Below are positions 25,055-38,798 of a DNA stretch of 64,000 nt, in pieces (within the stretch, counting starts at the first letter, position 1; every line of letters begins with the position of its first letter). A program made the translations under genes and the position numbers. The stretch spans positions 245,377-309,376 of the forward strand of contig RDEW01000049.1 in NCBI GenBank assembly GCA_011109175.1, read 5' to 3'. Source of the stretch: Dicyema japonicum (lineage: Eukaryota > Animalia > Dicyemida). Below the pieces are notes generated by a model. That model saw only the letters and a program-made list of their open reading frames with translations. It was not told the DNA's origin and did not search any database.

Positions 25055-25888
25055 CTACCAATATGGAGTTGTTTTGTCAAATCTCACATGTTGAGTCCAA
25101 TCTGGGGGAGACATTTGGGGTTGGTTGGTTGATATAAACACAAGACAGTAGTTTTCCCCCTGATTGTTGTCCCAGTAAGTGGAATCCCCCATTTTTGCAT
25201 ATATCGCAAACTGTGGTGACTCAGCATGATACGGAACAGTAAAGCTGAATCGGAAGTGGTCGTATTCGTGAGAGACCATGTGAGGGTCTTCTATCTGATA
25301 CTCACAGGGGATGTCCTGCCAGTCCTTCCAGTTGTTACAGGTCAGTCGAATCCTCACAGTCTTCTCAAAGGCCAGGTTAAAGACCTTGATTACTCCCCAT
25401 ACATTGTTCCCCACAGTAGTGATGTCCTCCAAGCCAATTTTATTCGCATGGAAGAGGGTTTGGAACTTTAGAAAATTTGACATGGGGAGACCGAAGCAGG
25501 GCTTGAGTCTCCTCACCGTACATGTTATAATTTTGAACCGTTTTCTATAAATTTCTGATTTTTTGAGTGTGGAGGGGAGATCAGTTGGCTTGTAATAATA
25601 TTTGATAAACAGCACAGAACTAAACCGCACTCGTTTATGCACTTTTACATCCTTGTTGGCTCTTTTCTCCACTTTTGTGCTTATCCCCCCATTTATTTGG
25701 CCATTCTTCTCCACAAGTTGGTAATTTGACTTCTTTAGGATCTGTATGTCTTCGTAAGACTTGCTTTTCTCAAAATTTGACCGAATTCTGTCATCCACGT
25801 TGTACCATCGTGAGCGCTTTAAAAAGTCGTAATAGGGTTCTGAGCTCTCCCTGGGGCTGAACAGAGGGGTCGAGTTTGTCCTAATCAT
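25055..25888 (-). CDS. Glycogen-targeting PP1 regulatory subunit (PPP1R3 family, CBM21), intronless
   Basis: KRVRF RVxF motif; GVIKVFNLAFEKTVRIRLTCNNW and YWDNNQGENY CBM21 signatures; first ATG at 25888. Confidence 0.9.
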   Translation of the reverse strand: MIRTNSTPLFSPRESSEPYYDFLKRSRWYNVDDRIRSNFEKSKSYEDIQILKKSNYQLVEKNGQINGGISTKVEKRANKDVKVHKRVRFSSVLFIKYYYKPTDLPSTLKKSEIYRKRFKIITCTVRRLKPCFGLPMSNFLKFQTLFHANKIGLEDITTVGNNVWGVIKVFNLAFEKTVRIRLTCNNWKDWQDIPCEYQIEDPHMVSHEYDHFRFSFTVPYHAESPQFAIYAKMGDSTYWDNNQGENYCLVFISTNQPQMSPPDWTQHVRFDKTTPYW

Positions 25889-26275
25889 GGCCGCAATTGT
25901 CAAAACTGCGTCGTTTTTTAAATATATTCCCGCGTAACGGCCTTTAATGAAGCATTTTTGCCAATCACGCTTATTTTTTTGAAACTTAACTACAAGTAAC
26001 CAGATACTATTAAAAACCCGACTTCACAGCGGGGGGTCTGATTGAGTCGAATGCTACTGGAACGACCGTTATTGGCTGATCGTGTGGGTTTGTGTACGAT
26101 TTTAGCAATTTAGGCGGAATAAATGCAGTTTCAGTGTCCTCGGTAGCTACTTTCCAATTTTAAAATAAATATGGTTATCTAATGAAATCGATAATCTACT
26201 TAGATAATAAATTCGATATTTTTTGTAATATCAAATTTCCTAATAAAGGAGACTAAGGCTGGGGGAACTCAGATC

Positions 26276-26770
26276 CCAAAATAGCTACGAGAAAGCGGAG
26301 ACTGCCAAGAAACTCAAATTCAGGCCAAAATAGCTAGGAAACCCCGAATAGTGCTGAGAAACTCAAATTTAGGCCAAAATAGCTACGAGAAAGCGGAGAC
26401 TGCCAAGAAACTCAAATTCAGGCCAAAATAGCTAGGAAACCCCGAATAGTGCTGAGAAACTCAAAATAGGCCAAAATAGATAGGAGAAACCGGGGTATGC
26501 CATTAAACTCAAATTTAGGCCAAAATAGCTACGAAAAAGCGGAGACTGCCAAAAAACTCAAATTTAGGCCAAAATAGCTACGAAAAAGCGGAGACTGCCA
26601 AGAAACTCAAATTTAGGCCAAAATTGCTACGAAAAACCGGATAGTGCTAAGAAACTCAAAATAGGCTAAAATAGATAGGAGAAACCGGGGTATGCCAGGT
26701 AACTCAAATTTAGGCCAAAATAGCTAGGAGAAACCAGAGAGTGCCAAGAAACTCAAATTTATGCTAAAAT
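26276..26770. repeat. 49-bp minisatellite, about 10 units with alternating variants
   Basis: Unit ccaaaatagctacgagaaagcggagactgccaagaaactcaaattcagg alternates with ccaaaatagctaggaaaccccgaatagtgctgagaaactcaaatttagg. Confidence 0.9.
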
Positions 26771-27486
26771 GACAAGAAACTGTTAATAATATCAAATTTC
26801 AGATATTGCGAAATACTCAACCAACCTATATTATTACTGAAATTCAAATTTCTCCAAAAACAGGGAAATAATCCCACAATGCTTTCATCCACACCAGCCT
26901 TCCATAGAAATTGAAACTCTAAGAGCAGATATTATTAGCGACTCAAGTTGCCGCCAAAACACGTGGACTCCATTAATTTTGCTAAGTAAACAAAAAATTC
27001 CCATTCACAGGGAACAGAATTTTGCATGCCAAAATCGAATAAACCGATATTGTTGAAAAATCAAGCGACCACTGAGCAAACAATGAAAACCCCAACTACC
27101 ATCAAAACACACGAAGGATCTCAATCTATTGTAGTGCATATAAAACCGCAAATTGATTTTCAAACTGATTTTTTCCTTTGTCAGATAAAAAAGTCCTGTT
27201 AGAAAAGAAAACAGAAATTTTTAGAATGCTAACAACACACAAAATCTAGTTTTAGTCAAATTTAAAATTTAATTTTTTTAAGTCAATAAACTATAAATAA
27301 TATTTTTTATTTTTAATTATTTTTTCTGAATAAAATATTACCTTCGAGATCACTTAATTAATTTAGTAATTAATTTAACTATTGGTGTTCTTGGGTTAAT
27401 AATAATAATAATACCGCACTTAATATGTCACAGGCGCTACGCGTTACCTAATGCTCGAATTTAGAATTTCAAGCATTTTTGGTGAA

Positions 27487-27806
27487 ATATCCGCGTTGCG
27501 CCATGTGGTGCTTCATGGCTAGTTGATTTAAGTTTCTGTTTGTTCGTCTGTTCCTCCTCTCTCTCCTATTAGAGTGGCGTCATGTGATCCACCTGTCTAG
27601 GTGGCTCCCATTGCCAGACACGAAAAAGGATAATTTGCTCTCCCCCATTCCACTGGAGGGGCTTCTACAACTGCATGCAATAAACGTCTTACCTTTTATG
27701 CTGATTCCGGATGGACTCTGTTTCTGTAGAAGTAGAAACTGGATACACTTAATTAGTTGTTTACTTTAACTTCTTTCTCGGTGTATCCGGGGTTAATAAA
27801 TAAACA
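27487..27806 (+). mobile_element. SINE-like repeat family B, near full-length copy
   Basis: Colinear with 23015-23335 from gcgccatgtggtgctt to ccggggttaataaataaa. Confidence 0.75.
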
Positions 27807-28199
27807 AACATTTTTATAAAACTTTAACCATATTTTTCTTATTTATTATATTTAAATTTAAAAAAATTATAATTTAAGTTTAATTGGGCCAGAACACAAA
27901 ATCCAGCTCATTGAAAGTTTCTCAGCACTATTCGGGGTCTCCTCGAAATACAACGGAAATTTTTAAAGACAACTAGTTTACAGATCTGCTTTCTGTTCCA
28001 TACACTATCGAAATATCTACAATCATACAGAAATTCTGAGCCGATGCCATGTCAAATGTGACGAGCTGTTCAGGATTCTCGACTCCGCCGGACTCGTCCC
28101 TCCCCTGTCGGTCTGGGATCACTTAGTTGAAAACTTTTCTTTCTTTTGACCCATGATCCTGGGAGTAACAATAATAATTACCATAATACAGTCATGTTG

Positions 28200-28750
28200 T
28201 AAAAAGTTAAAACAACCTAGGAATATTTTGCAAAACACAAAATACCGATTAACTCAAAAATCAAAGAATTTATCACGGAGAGGTTACATCTTAAAAACAA
28301 AAGTGGAAACCACGAAATTGTCATCTCTTTTAATCATGAATAGATAATCGTCAAATTCATCAATTGACCCATTGTGGACACAACACGTGGGAACATTATT
28401 GCAATCAAAGATATCTTCGTGAAAGGAGAAATCACTCGGAAAGTGGTATCAGAATGTGACCTGAAATCACATTATAGCCTCTCAGGACCCTGAAATCACA
28501 TCATAGCCTCTCAGCCGAATGAAAGATTTCAAATAGACTTCCAAGTAATATGAAAAATAAGAGTGGAAATGAAGTTGCAGAAACCTCAAACAAATCTTTT
28601 TGGATTATGGACCATCCCGATTCCTACAATCGGATAATGGGACAGAATATAAAAATTCTTATGTAAGAGCATTGTGTGGTCGCTTCAACGTCCAACATAC
28701 TAACATTAGGCCTAACAATCCAAGGAGTCAAGGGATTAGACAATAACAAG
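28200..28750 (+). pseudogene. Decayed rve integrase, Ginger-like
   Basis: THCGHNT (HHCC part) and YGPSRFLQSDNGTEYKNSYVRALCGRFNVQHTNIRPNNPRSQG; frameshifted. Confidence 0.75.
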
Positions 28751-29104
28751 ATCTAAGATGATGTCCGAAGATAAGTGTGGGACAAAAAACATAAAAGACG
28801 CAGTTTATTTTTATTTTTAAAGAAGCTACATCAACAGGTACTTTTAACTAATTTTCTTTGAGGCAATACTCCATTTTACAAAAATCGAGGAATTAATTAT
28901 TATTTTTAACCCCAGGCTTACCATTCCAAGCCCAGCACAAACAGTCGTAACTAAATAATCCAAGGAAGGAACCAAAGGGAGAACATCTGCTTGTGTCGAT
29001 CGAATCCATTTTCCAATACTTCATTACAGGCTTCCGCTTCCGAAGGGAGGTGGAGAAGTAGGTCCGCCCTCTTCCATTTTTGACCCACGTCGCGGACATC
29101 ACTT

Positions 29105-29320
29105 CATTCTTTAGCGGAATAGTTTTCATAATGCAATCTTCATCAGAGGGTTTAGTCAGGGAGAAAAGTAGAAAGATCCCTTTTAACAACTGTGTCGTGC
29201 CAGAAGGATTCGTCGCCTCACGGGTGGGATCTGTTTGACAAGAATTGACCTTCGCTGAAAACTCCATCTTTCGGATTTGAACCCGCGACCTTCAGATCCG
29301 ATGTCATCAGACGTTACATT
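29105..29320 (-). mobile_element. tRNA(Arg)-like SINE family C copy
   Basis: Minus strand ...tcggatctgaaggtcgcgggttcaaatcc contains B box GGTTCAAATCC; homologous to 13270-13455. Confidence 0.7.
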
Positions 29321-30059
29321 TCAATTTGAATTCAATCCACCAAAATTGGATTCAGCATATTCTAAGAAAATGAATAAAAAATGGGTGTACATCAGCCCTT
29401 CAAAAATTAGAGTCTCCGTGTGGTGAAACGGTAACAATTGGGAATACATCACACGATATTGGCATATTCTAAGAAAATGAATAAAAAATGGGTGTACATC
29501 AGCCCTTCAAAAATTAGAGTCTCCGTGTGGTGAAACGGTAACAATTGGGAATACATCACACGATATTGTCGAAATACGGATGTCGGATGGAAATAAGAAA
29601 AAACACATGAAAAGTATCAAAAAATAATTAAAGATAAATAATTTTACATAATCTTAATTTTAAATTAAAAAAAAACTTTTTTCCAATATCTGTGTTCAGA
29701 AGCGTTTTCAGCTCTGGGAAATACCCTATAAACTTCATTCTAAATCGGCCAGATCACTCTCGTATTTTTTTAAAAAGGACTTAACGTTAGAACTCTGCAT
29801 CAGTGAATATTTCACTGCGGAACCGGATCATCTATGAAGGACTCACACTCAACTAAAAGAAGTGAAGAGCCCGGGAGGAGCTATAGATATGGCTATATAC
29901 GCCAATCGAAAACTGCGTCAGATTCCTTTTCAAATAATTGTATCCGGGATCGAATTGCATGCATATCACTGAAAATGTTGTAAGACTCAGAAGAATTAAT
30001 TAAAACTAAAAGGCAGGAAAAGTCTCACGGAACCTAACTAATTTTTTTAAATAAAATTT

Positions 30060-30150
30060 GAATTCTGTTAGACTTAAAATCGGGGTTGCGAGAGTGGTTT
30101 TTAAAATTATAGGGGTGCGAACTCAAAACGAATTGGGAAGCGCTGGTCTA
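30060..30150 (-). mobile_element. hAT (Charlie-type) terminal fragment
   Basis: Minus strand tctaga-ccagcgcttcccaattcgttttgagttcgcacccc resembles a Charlie/Buster TIR next to a TCTAGA-type target. Confidence 0.45.
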
Positions 30151-31447
30151 GAGAGTTCTGGTTGCCATAGAAACAGCGAAGTATTGACTGATACTACAGT
30201 CTGACTTCGCAATTTGGGGAGATTTATCATTTAAATAGAAATAATGAATTTTTTACTAATAAACCCCCAAATGAGAAAAAGTTAGTACCAAAATACGACC
30301 CCTTTTTGGGGAAACCCAAACTGCAGGAAAACCTCGATTTTGTGAAATTCTTACGAAATAAACATATTCTATTCTTATTGGCTGCCAGCACATGGGCATG
30401 GTTTTCTCTAAGTACTCCACGGATCACATCATACTCTTTGGACTCGAACTCCACGACACCTATGCAGTAGTTTAGCAGCAAGATAGCATAATCATTTAAT
30501 GCTAGGAACAAATTTAGAAAAGTCTTGCATAACAACAATGCCCTTTTAAGAATTCCTTTAGTAAAGTGTCGCTTTGTCCAAGTGACTTTAGAGCTCTGTA
30601 ACATCAAGATACTTATGAAGTTTTTGTTCTCTGAGATACAAAAATTTTCCGCTCCAAATAACTAGGAAAAGAAAATTTAGAGACCTTTTATGATGATTTT
30701 AGCAGTGATGAAGATAGCAGCGAGACATTTAGAGTATGAAGTCATGAAAGATACGGAACGTGCTCTCACATGAATTTCAATGTAGTCAAACAAGAAACAC
30801 GTGAAAATGTTCCTATACAGATTTAAAGCAGATATTATTATTAAAAAGCAATTCCACAGAACCAAAGAACGTTGTATTAACTAGGGTCCCATTTGTGACT
30901 CACTTTTCGAAATTTGCTTCACTAGGCGTCTCCATCGCCCTCTGCTTTGCGCAGCAGATATTGTCACTACGAAAAAAAACAAAACTTTAAAATGACACAT
31001 TTATCAATAAATTTTTTTTAATTTTTTATTTTGCTTTTTAAAAAGACCCTCATTTTTCGTGAAAACCTCAAAGGTGGGGAATTTTTACCCCCTTTTCGGG
31101 GTCTGACTGTAATACCACATTTCAGGAAATAAACAGTAAAATAGCTAGCATCTCNGTGAAAACCTCAAAAGTGGGGAATTTTTGCCCTTTTTGGGGTCTG
31201 ACTGTAATACCACATTTCAGCAAATAAACAGTAAAATAGCTAGCATCTCTGATTGGCATTCTTAAAGACTGATCTCAGGACACACCTCATGAGATCAGCG
31301 CTTCAGAATCGCTGCTCCTAAGAACCGTCATAGTGGGACTCGCACCTCCAGATGCCCACGAGACCACCAGGATTCGACCTGAATGTAGAGGATCTCTGAG
31401 AACGGCGACACAATCCTAATAATTGTCAGCACACAATTAAATAAAAA

Positions 31448-32469
31448 TTAATATTTAAGTTCAGAGAAAATATCCTCAAGGGGGGAAAACTTATAAAATT
31501 CAGATTTCTTTAACATCTACTATCAGTCAACCACCTTACCACATATATCAAATACAAGTGCTGTGGATGGTAGTGCCTCACCAGATCCATTGGCATGATC
31601 CCCATCTGAATTGCCGTCTCCAAAATACCGGGGACAATCTGTCTGATCTCATAAACCAAACACAACTCGATACATTGCAGAAGACTGATCTGCCCTTTGC
31701 AGCGGAAATGCTTGATGATGGTCGCAAACTCCAACAAATTTATTACGGAGGCACTTTCCGTGACCCTGGAGATCCTCAACTGGTAAATTGCCCCCATATG
31801 GCGGCCCCTGGGGTCGGTGATGAACTGGCAGTTAATCACGTCGAAAAAAGCTGCCTCAACGTTAACAGGGTTGGTGTATTGACACGTGAAGATCTAACAA
31901 ATCTCAGGAACTCTGACCTTGGTATTCGAATCGGGACAGAAAACGTAAACGTTGAGCTCCTTTGGTCGTATGAGCACGTTGTATGTGAAAATTACGAAAA
32001 GGAGGAACCGAATTTTGTCCCAGGTCTTCAAAAAGGCCAGGATATTCACGTGCTTGTTCTCTTGAATGACAAAAAAGGTAACCTGGGTGGTTTTCTCGAA
32101 TTTGGCAGAGGACGTCGTTCCGGTAGTCGAATTCTAGTCTGTTGCACTGGAAGACCTTAACAAAACGATCGTTGAAAAACGTGAATCTGCCGGGGTACTC
32201 GGTTTTCAAATTCTAAATGAAATCACGGAATTACTATAAGTCTTTCGGAAGAGTCATTATTGAACGCGATCAGGTGGGTATCAGATATCTCGAGGATCTC
32301 TTCGCAAAAGGAGGCACCGGCACGTGTTAGGGTGTATCTAGACCTATCATATATCAGTGAGATGCTGTCTTCGAGGTGGGCAGGGTCAATGAAAGAGATA
32401 AAATTTTCTTTATTTATTATTAATCTTACCTTTTATCAAACGATTGAGAGGCGACAACCTCGAACCCAT
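31448..32469 (-). CDS. Divergent protein, possibly mitochondrial transcription factor B2 (TFB2M-like, KsgA fold); 5 or 6 exons
   Basis: Four GT-AG introns of 22-24 nt give a continuous frame from MGSRLSPLNRLIK (presequence-like) to ...FSPLEDIFSELKY*. By-eye similarity to TFB2M: GASFCEEILEISDTHLIAF vs GPGILTQALLEAGAKVVAL; LVRHYHPQHLYLIY vs KVVNMHPQDFKTLF. The gene model is better supported than the product. Confidence 0.55.
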
Positions 32470-33997
32470 TTGTTTAAATTTGAATTTTAAATTTTAGAAA
32501 ATTTATATTTACTATTTTCGTAAAACTATCTAATTAAACAGGTTTTCATTATAGCCTTCTGGTTCCGCTTTCTGAGTGGTCGTTGGAAAAGTCGAACAGA
32601 CCCTACCCTTGACTCTTCCCTGTTGGAGTCCTCGATACGAAAGAATGGCGGCGGATTTTTCAAGTCTTTCAAGAACCAGATGAATCCGCTATGTTCATCT
32701 GAATCCTTTATTGGAAATCTGTCCCCCAATCGATTTCCTGTGTTGACACAAACGGAGACACTTCCGGTAAGTGGTGGGGCTCTTCGATGAGCACATGCTG
32801 AATGACGATAAGGAGCACCTAATTACTATTATTTTCTTTCTCGGTTTTTCCCGTGGTTAAAAAAATTAAATGATTTTTATCTCCCACGTGGCTTGTCATT
32901 GTTCCTCCAGTTTCAAAGGCCTTTATCCCAGGGACGAGCCCATCCAGAACCACATTCGTGGGAACTTCATTAAAGAGTTACCCAGTCGTGAGAGGCAGAG
33001 GAAACTATCCTTTTTGATACTGCGATTGCACTGAGTGTTTTCTGAGACAGGAAAGTCACTTGACGGCAGGAAATTGAACAAATTAAAAAAAGACAGAGAA
33101 CCTTCAACCTAAAATATTAGGAAGAAACCCTTCCCCGTTTACGACTCTAGATACTAATTTTTTTAATCTGCGCCACTCCCAAGATTATGTGTTCGTTAGA
33201 CATTTCCGTCATTTCTTCAAGATTGTCTAGATTGGCAGGGTTCTCCCTAGTTATTGAAAACAAAATTGTATAATTTTATATTATCAAGATTTCGATCCTC
33301 TTCCATCATCGACTCTATTAGTTGCCTCCTAACCACTCGAATGCATGGGTCGATAAAACTGCAGAAAAGCTTCAATTCTCTCCTCAAGAGTTTCTCGTTC
33401 TTGTTTTATTTGGGTTTCACGATCACTCAGTGGAGTCAATCTCCCCTTCTTTAAGTTTCTATTTATAAGATATCCTTTTTGGGGGAGAACAAGTATCGCA
33501 TTCATAAATGCGGGAGTAGTGGATAACACATGAGAAAATAAGGAAGGTTCCTTCAAGACGTAGATTCCAAATACTGATGAAAATAGTTTTTGTTGATAGT
33601 TAAATTGATAACACATGAGAAAATAAGGAAGGTTCCTTCAAGACGTAGATTCCAAATACTGATGAAAATAGTTTTTGTTGATAGTTAAATTTGGAAAAAG
33701 TTAGAATAACTCATCCAGAGACCATTTATTACGAGGTGGACCATCAGACACCGGGTGCCATAATAATCGCCAGTCTTCATAGCAAACTGGTCCTTCCGTC
33801 GAGTAGTAGTACTGTTTCCACTACTTAAATCTCCGGCATACACATCATTTAAGAGGGAAATAAAAATTACTTTGAGTCCTGAAAGCAATCCGGTTCCACA
33901 GTGATGCATCAGTGATGACGGCGTTACTAGTCAGGAACCTTCAACCAGGATTTGCTGAGCATCCAATAAAGTTAATAATAATTTATTCGAAAAATAA

Positions 33998-35773
<1,776 letters not shown>

Positions 35774-37649
35774 AATTGTGCCTATTATTTTTATTATTTT
35801 GAAAATATTAATTAATTTAAATTTCAATTAATTTTGATTTAATGATTTTTATTATTAAATAAAATTGTGTTTGTGCTTTGATCCGTATTTGGATTAATTT
35901 AAATCCACATGGCCCCATGTACTGCTGTGTAGTTAATTGATTGAAAATTTATCCCCAGTCCTTTGAGTGAAGGAAATCGATAGCTAACAGGAAAGTAACA
36001 ACCAAAAGTGGACGCTCTTAGAGATCACCCTGGTTAGCACATAAATCGAAGGCGGGCAAGGAAAAAGAAAAGAGGTGTCTCAATCAGTTGTCCAGAGGGC
36101 AGAAGAGACACAGCAACAACGTATGTTGTCCGATTATGTTCATATATTGTTGTAAAACCTTGTGGAGACGCGTCATGCGGACACGAACTCCCTGGGCATC
36201 GCTTAAGTAGCAGTTTGCAAATCAATAACTTGTTCTTCAAAAAATTAATCATTTAAATTCTTCAGAGTCTCTTTATTTTGGGTGTAACTAGTGATAATAC
36301 AGGTCCCGAACCACTGAATTGGTCTTGTCTCACTATATGGCAATAATATTGTCCTCAACCACTGACAATCAAACCAATGACTTCCTCCTTGTTGACTGGT
36401 ATACGACTAAAACCTCAGTATTTTTTTGGTGGATTTAAGATGAAGGATTCAAGTTGATTTCTTGTGTTGTTTCGACTCTTTCGACGGTACTGTACCTATT
36501 AGCAAAAGTTCCCATTAAGTTTATTCCACGTGGGTTCGGGGCTTTTACATATTGAGATGACTGATCTGTGGTCGTTCACTTTGAATTTCTTTGAGGATCA
36601 GCAAATTATTTGCAAGAAGTCTGTTGTTGGTCCTATAAAAGGATGTTCCAATAAGTTCCTGAAAATGTTTCTGCGGAGCTGTCAATCAGGGTAAAATAGG
36701 ACTAATTTCGGAAGCTGAGATCCCATCATTTGTTTTTGCCGAAATTTTTTTTTTTGGGAGTTTTGAGACAATAATAACTAGCTGTCGTTTTCTTTAAATA
36801 ATTCAAATGGTCCCCCAACATAATTGACGTTACCTCCCAAGACGGCAACTGGAGAAATTACTGGGTCTCAAGTATGTCGAGGCTAGAGAATTGTTCTGAA
36901 AAGGGAATTGGAGATCATTGTACAAGTGTTGGCTGAAATAACAGACCTCCATACTCTATCTGTCCCCTTACTTACACCAATCCAATTGAGAATGTATTCA
37001 GTGGATGGAAAAACCAGTTTCCAGAAAAGGGGCTGAAAATGATTGAGTTTGATTAACAGCAAATTTGAATGCACATTAAATCCCAAAATGGCGGATTCGA
37101 GTGGATTATTGATTTCTTGTAATGTGAATCTCGAATAAATAAAATTATTCTAAAGACCAAGGGTAAAGCAACACTAACTCCTTGACCCTACCACCAATTC
37201 CAGAACTCGTATCCAGGTAACGAAATTGTCTCCCAGTGGAAAGAACGTTGGATCCTTTTGATTGCCGGCCAGGCATTGGGCGTTTCCTTAGTAAGGTGAA
37301 TCTAACGACTCCATCAGAGGGAAGACAATTTAATTTTTAACAAAAATATTTATTTAAAATAATATAATTGTTTTTGCATTTTTTATTGAACCAGAAAACC
37401 ACAGTCATAGCCAGAATTAAAAAAATCAAGTGATCTCGGCTTCCCTCAGAAGTTTTCGCATGCTCGGATTAGAAGGAAGTGCCGTCCGGGTAACTCTTGG
37501 TTCAGTAAATTAAAAAAATATTAAATAGTTCTTTCGTCGAGGGAGGAGAATAGGGCCACGTTGAGGTCTCTGCTTGAGCGTGGTGGGATAACGTGATTAT
37601 TTAGTTTGGTGTTACTGTGATCTTTGGTATTATTGACTCATTCTGACAA

Positions 37650-38350
37650 ATCACGTGTTTTGGGCATTAATATTCTATATCTTCCGTATTAATTTCACGA
37701 ACAGGTCCCCGATGCCGAGAAGATCATCTCGGGAACAAAAATGTTATTTCTCATTGAGTATGTGCATCAAAAGTTTTAGGCCTTTCTGTCATGAGCCAGA
37801 ACGACCTCTTTTCATAACTTTTCCATCCCTGAAAAAGAATAGAGGGCATCCAATGAGAACCTTACCACAAGTCTAGACTATCCTCGCATCAGGAACAATG
37901 CCTCCAGGCAGTTTTGGACATTATCTTTAATTACTACATCTTCCGTTCAAGAGCGGAACCTATTTTCAAAATTCTTTCAAAGATTTGCTAGTGTCATCTA
38001 GCCAACATCGTCTTGCCTGTTTGTTGTAGAGGGCGTATTCCGAGAGCGGTACTTGGCTCAACCCTCTGAGTTTTGGGTACCTTCCTGGACGATGAATGCG
38101 TCCGTATTGGAATATCATTACTACTGGAAGTAAAAGTCAGATCGACTGTTTTGGCCTACACCCTCTCTCCTGCATGAAGAGAGCAGGCGGATTTCTCAGA
38201 CACATGGCCTTGAACGCTTTGGACGCCGTCAGACATCCCTCCATGCTCGAACCAGTTGCTCTTTGCAGTCGTGACGGACAACGACCAGGTGGGATGACAA
38301 ACCTCTTGTCTGGGACGTCACCTGCACCGACACGTTTTCCCTTGTAACCG
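37650..38350 (+). pseudogene. Decayed CRE-like RLE retrotransposon fragment
   Basis: ESGTWLNPL, DCFGLHPLSCMKRAGGFLRH (CCHC) and RDGQRPGG motifs, with frameshifts. Confidence 0.7.
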
Positions 38351-38798
38351 ACTGTTTTCAGTTTTTTGTAAGAATAATAGTCATTCAACATGGCTCAGTT
38401 AGATCTATGAGTTGTTTTTAATAAATTTGATTTTTTATAAAAATGAGGCAGATTCTTAAATTTTGTAAGAGAAAAATGTTTTTGGACCATTAGATGAGGG
38501 AAACGGGGAATTGGAGAGAATTGAGTTATCCAATGTTATTGATTGGGAAAGTGAGGCCGTTGACAGGGAATCCTAAGTTCGAGACCATTAATCTACAGAC
38601 AGAGGATGATAACAGTTATCCAATGTTATTGATTGGGAAAGTGAGGCCGTTGACAGGGAATCCTAAGTTCGAGACCATTAATCTACAGACAGAGGATGAT
38701 AACCGTGGGGGTCACAGTCTAATGACTCAACACCTAATAGACTATTATCACACAAAACAGCAATTAATGAAATAACCAAAATATCCAAATTAATCAAA

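Noticed and set aside
26276-26770. CRISPR-like look (conserved part of about 28 nt plus variable part of about 21 nt)
   Set aside because: The variable parts are related and recur (A/B alternation), there are no cas genes and the context is eukaryotic; it is a minisatellite.
30227-30865. Minus-strand ORFs of 126 and 62 aa
   Set aside because: No motif recognised and no convincing micro-intron chain; left unannotated.
31558-32160. 200-aa plus-strand ORF and other long antisense ORFs over LARS1, PSMC3, PSMD6, PPP1R3 and CK1
   Set aside because: Shadow frames of real genes on the opposite strand; no motifs or independent gene structure.
38434-38775. Possible small gene tail-to-tail with PSMC3
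   Set aside because: Needs atypical 29- and 19-nt introns, overlaps a probable artefactual duplication and has no recognisable homology.
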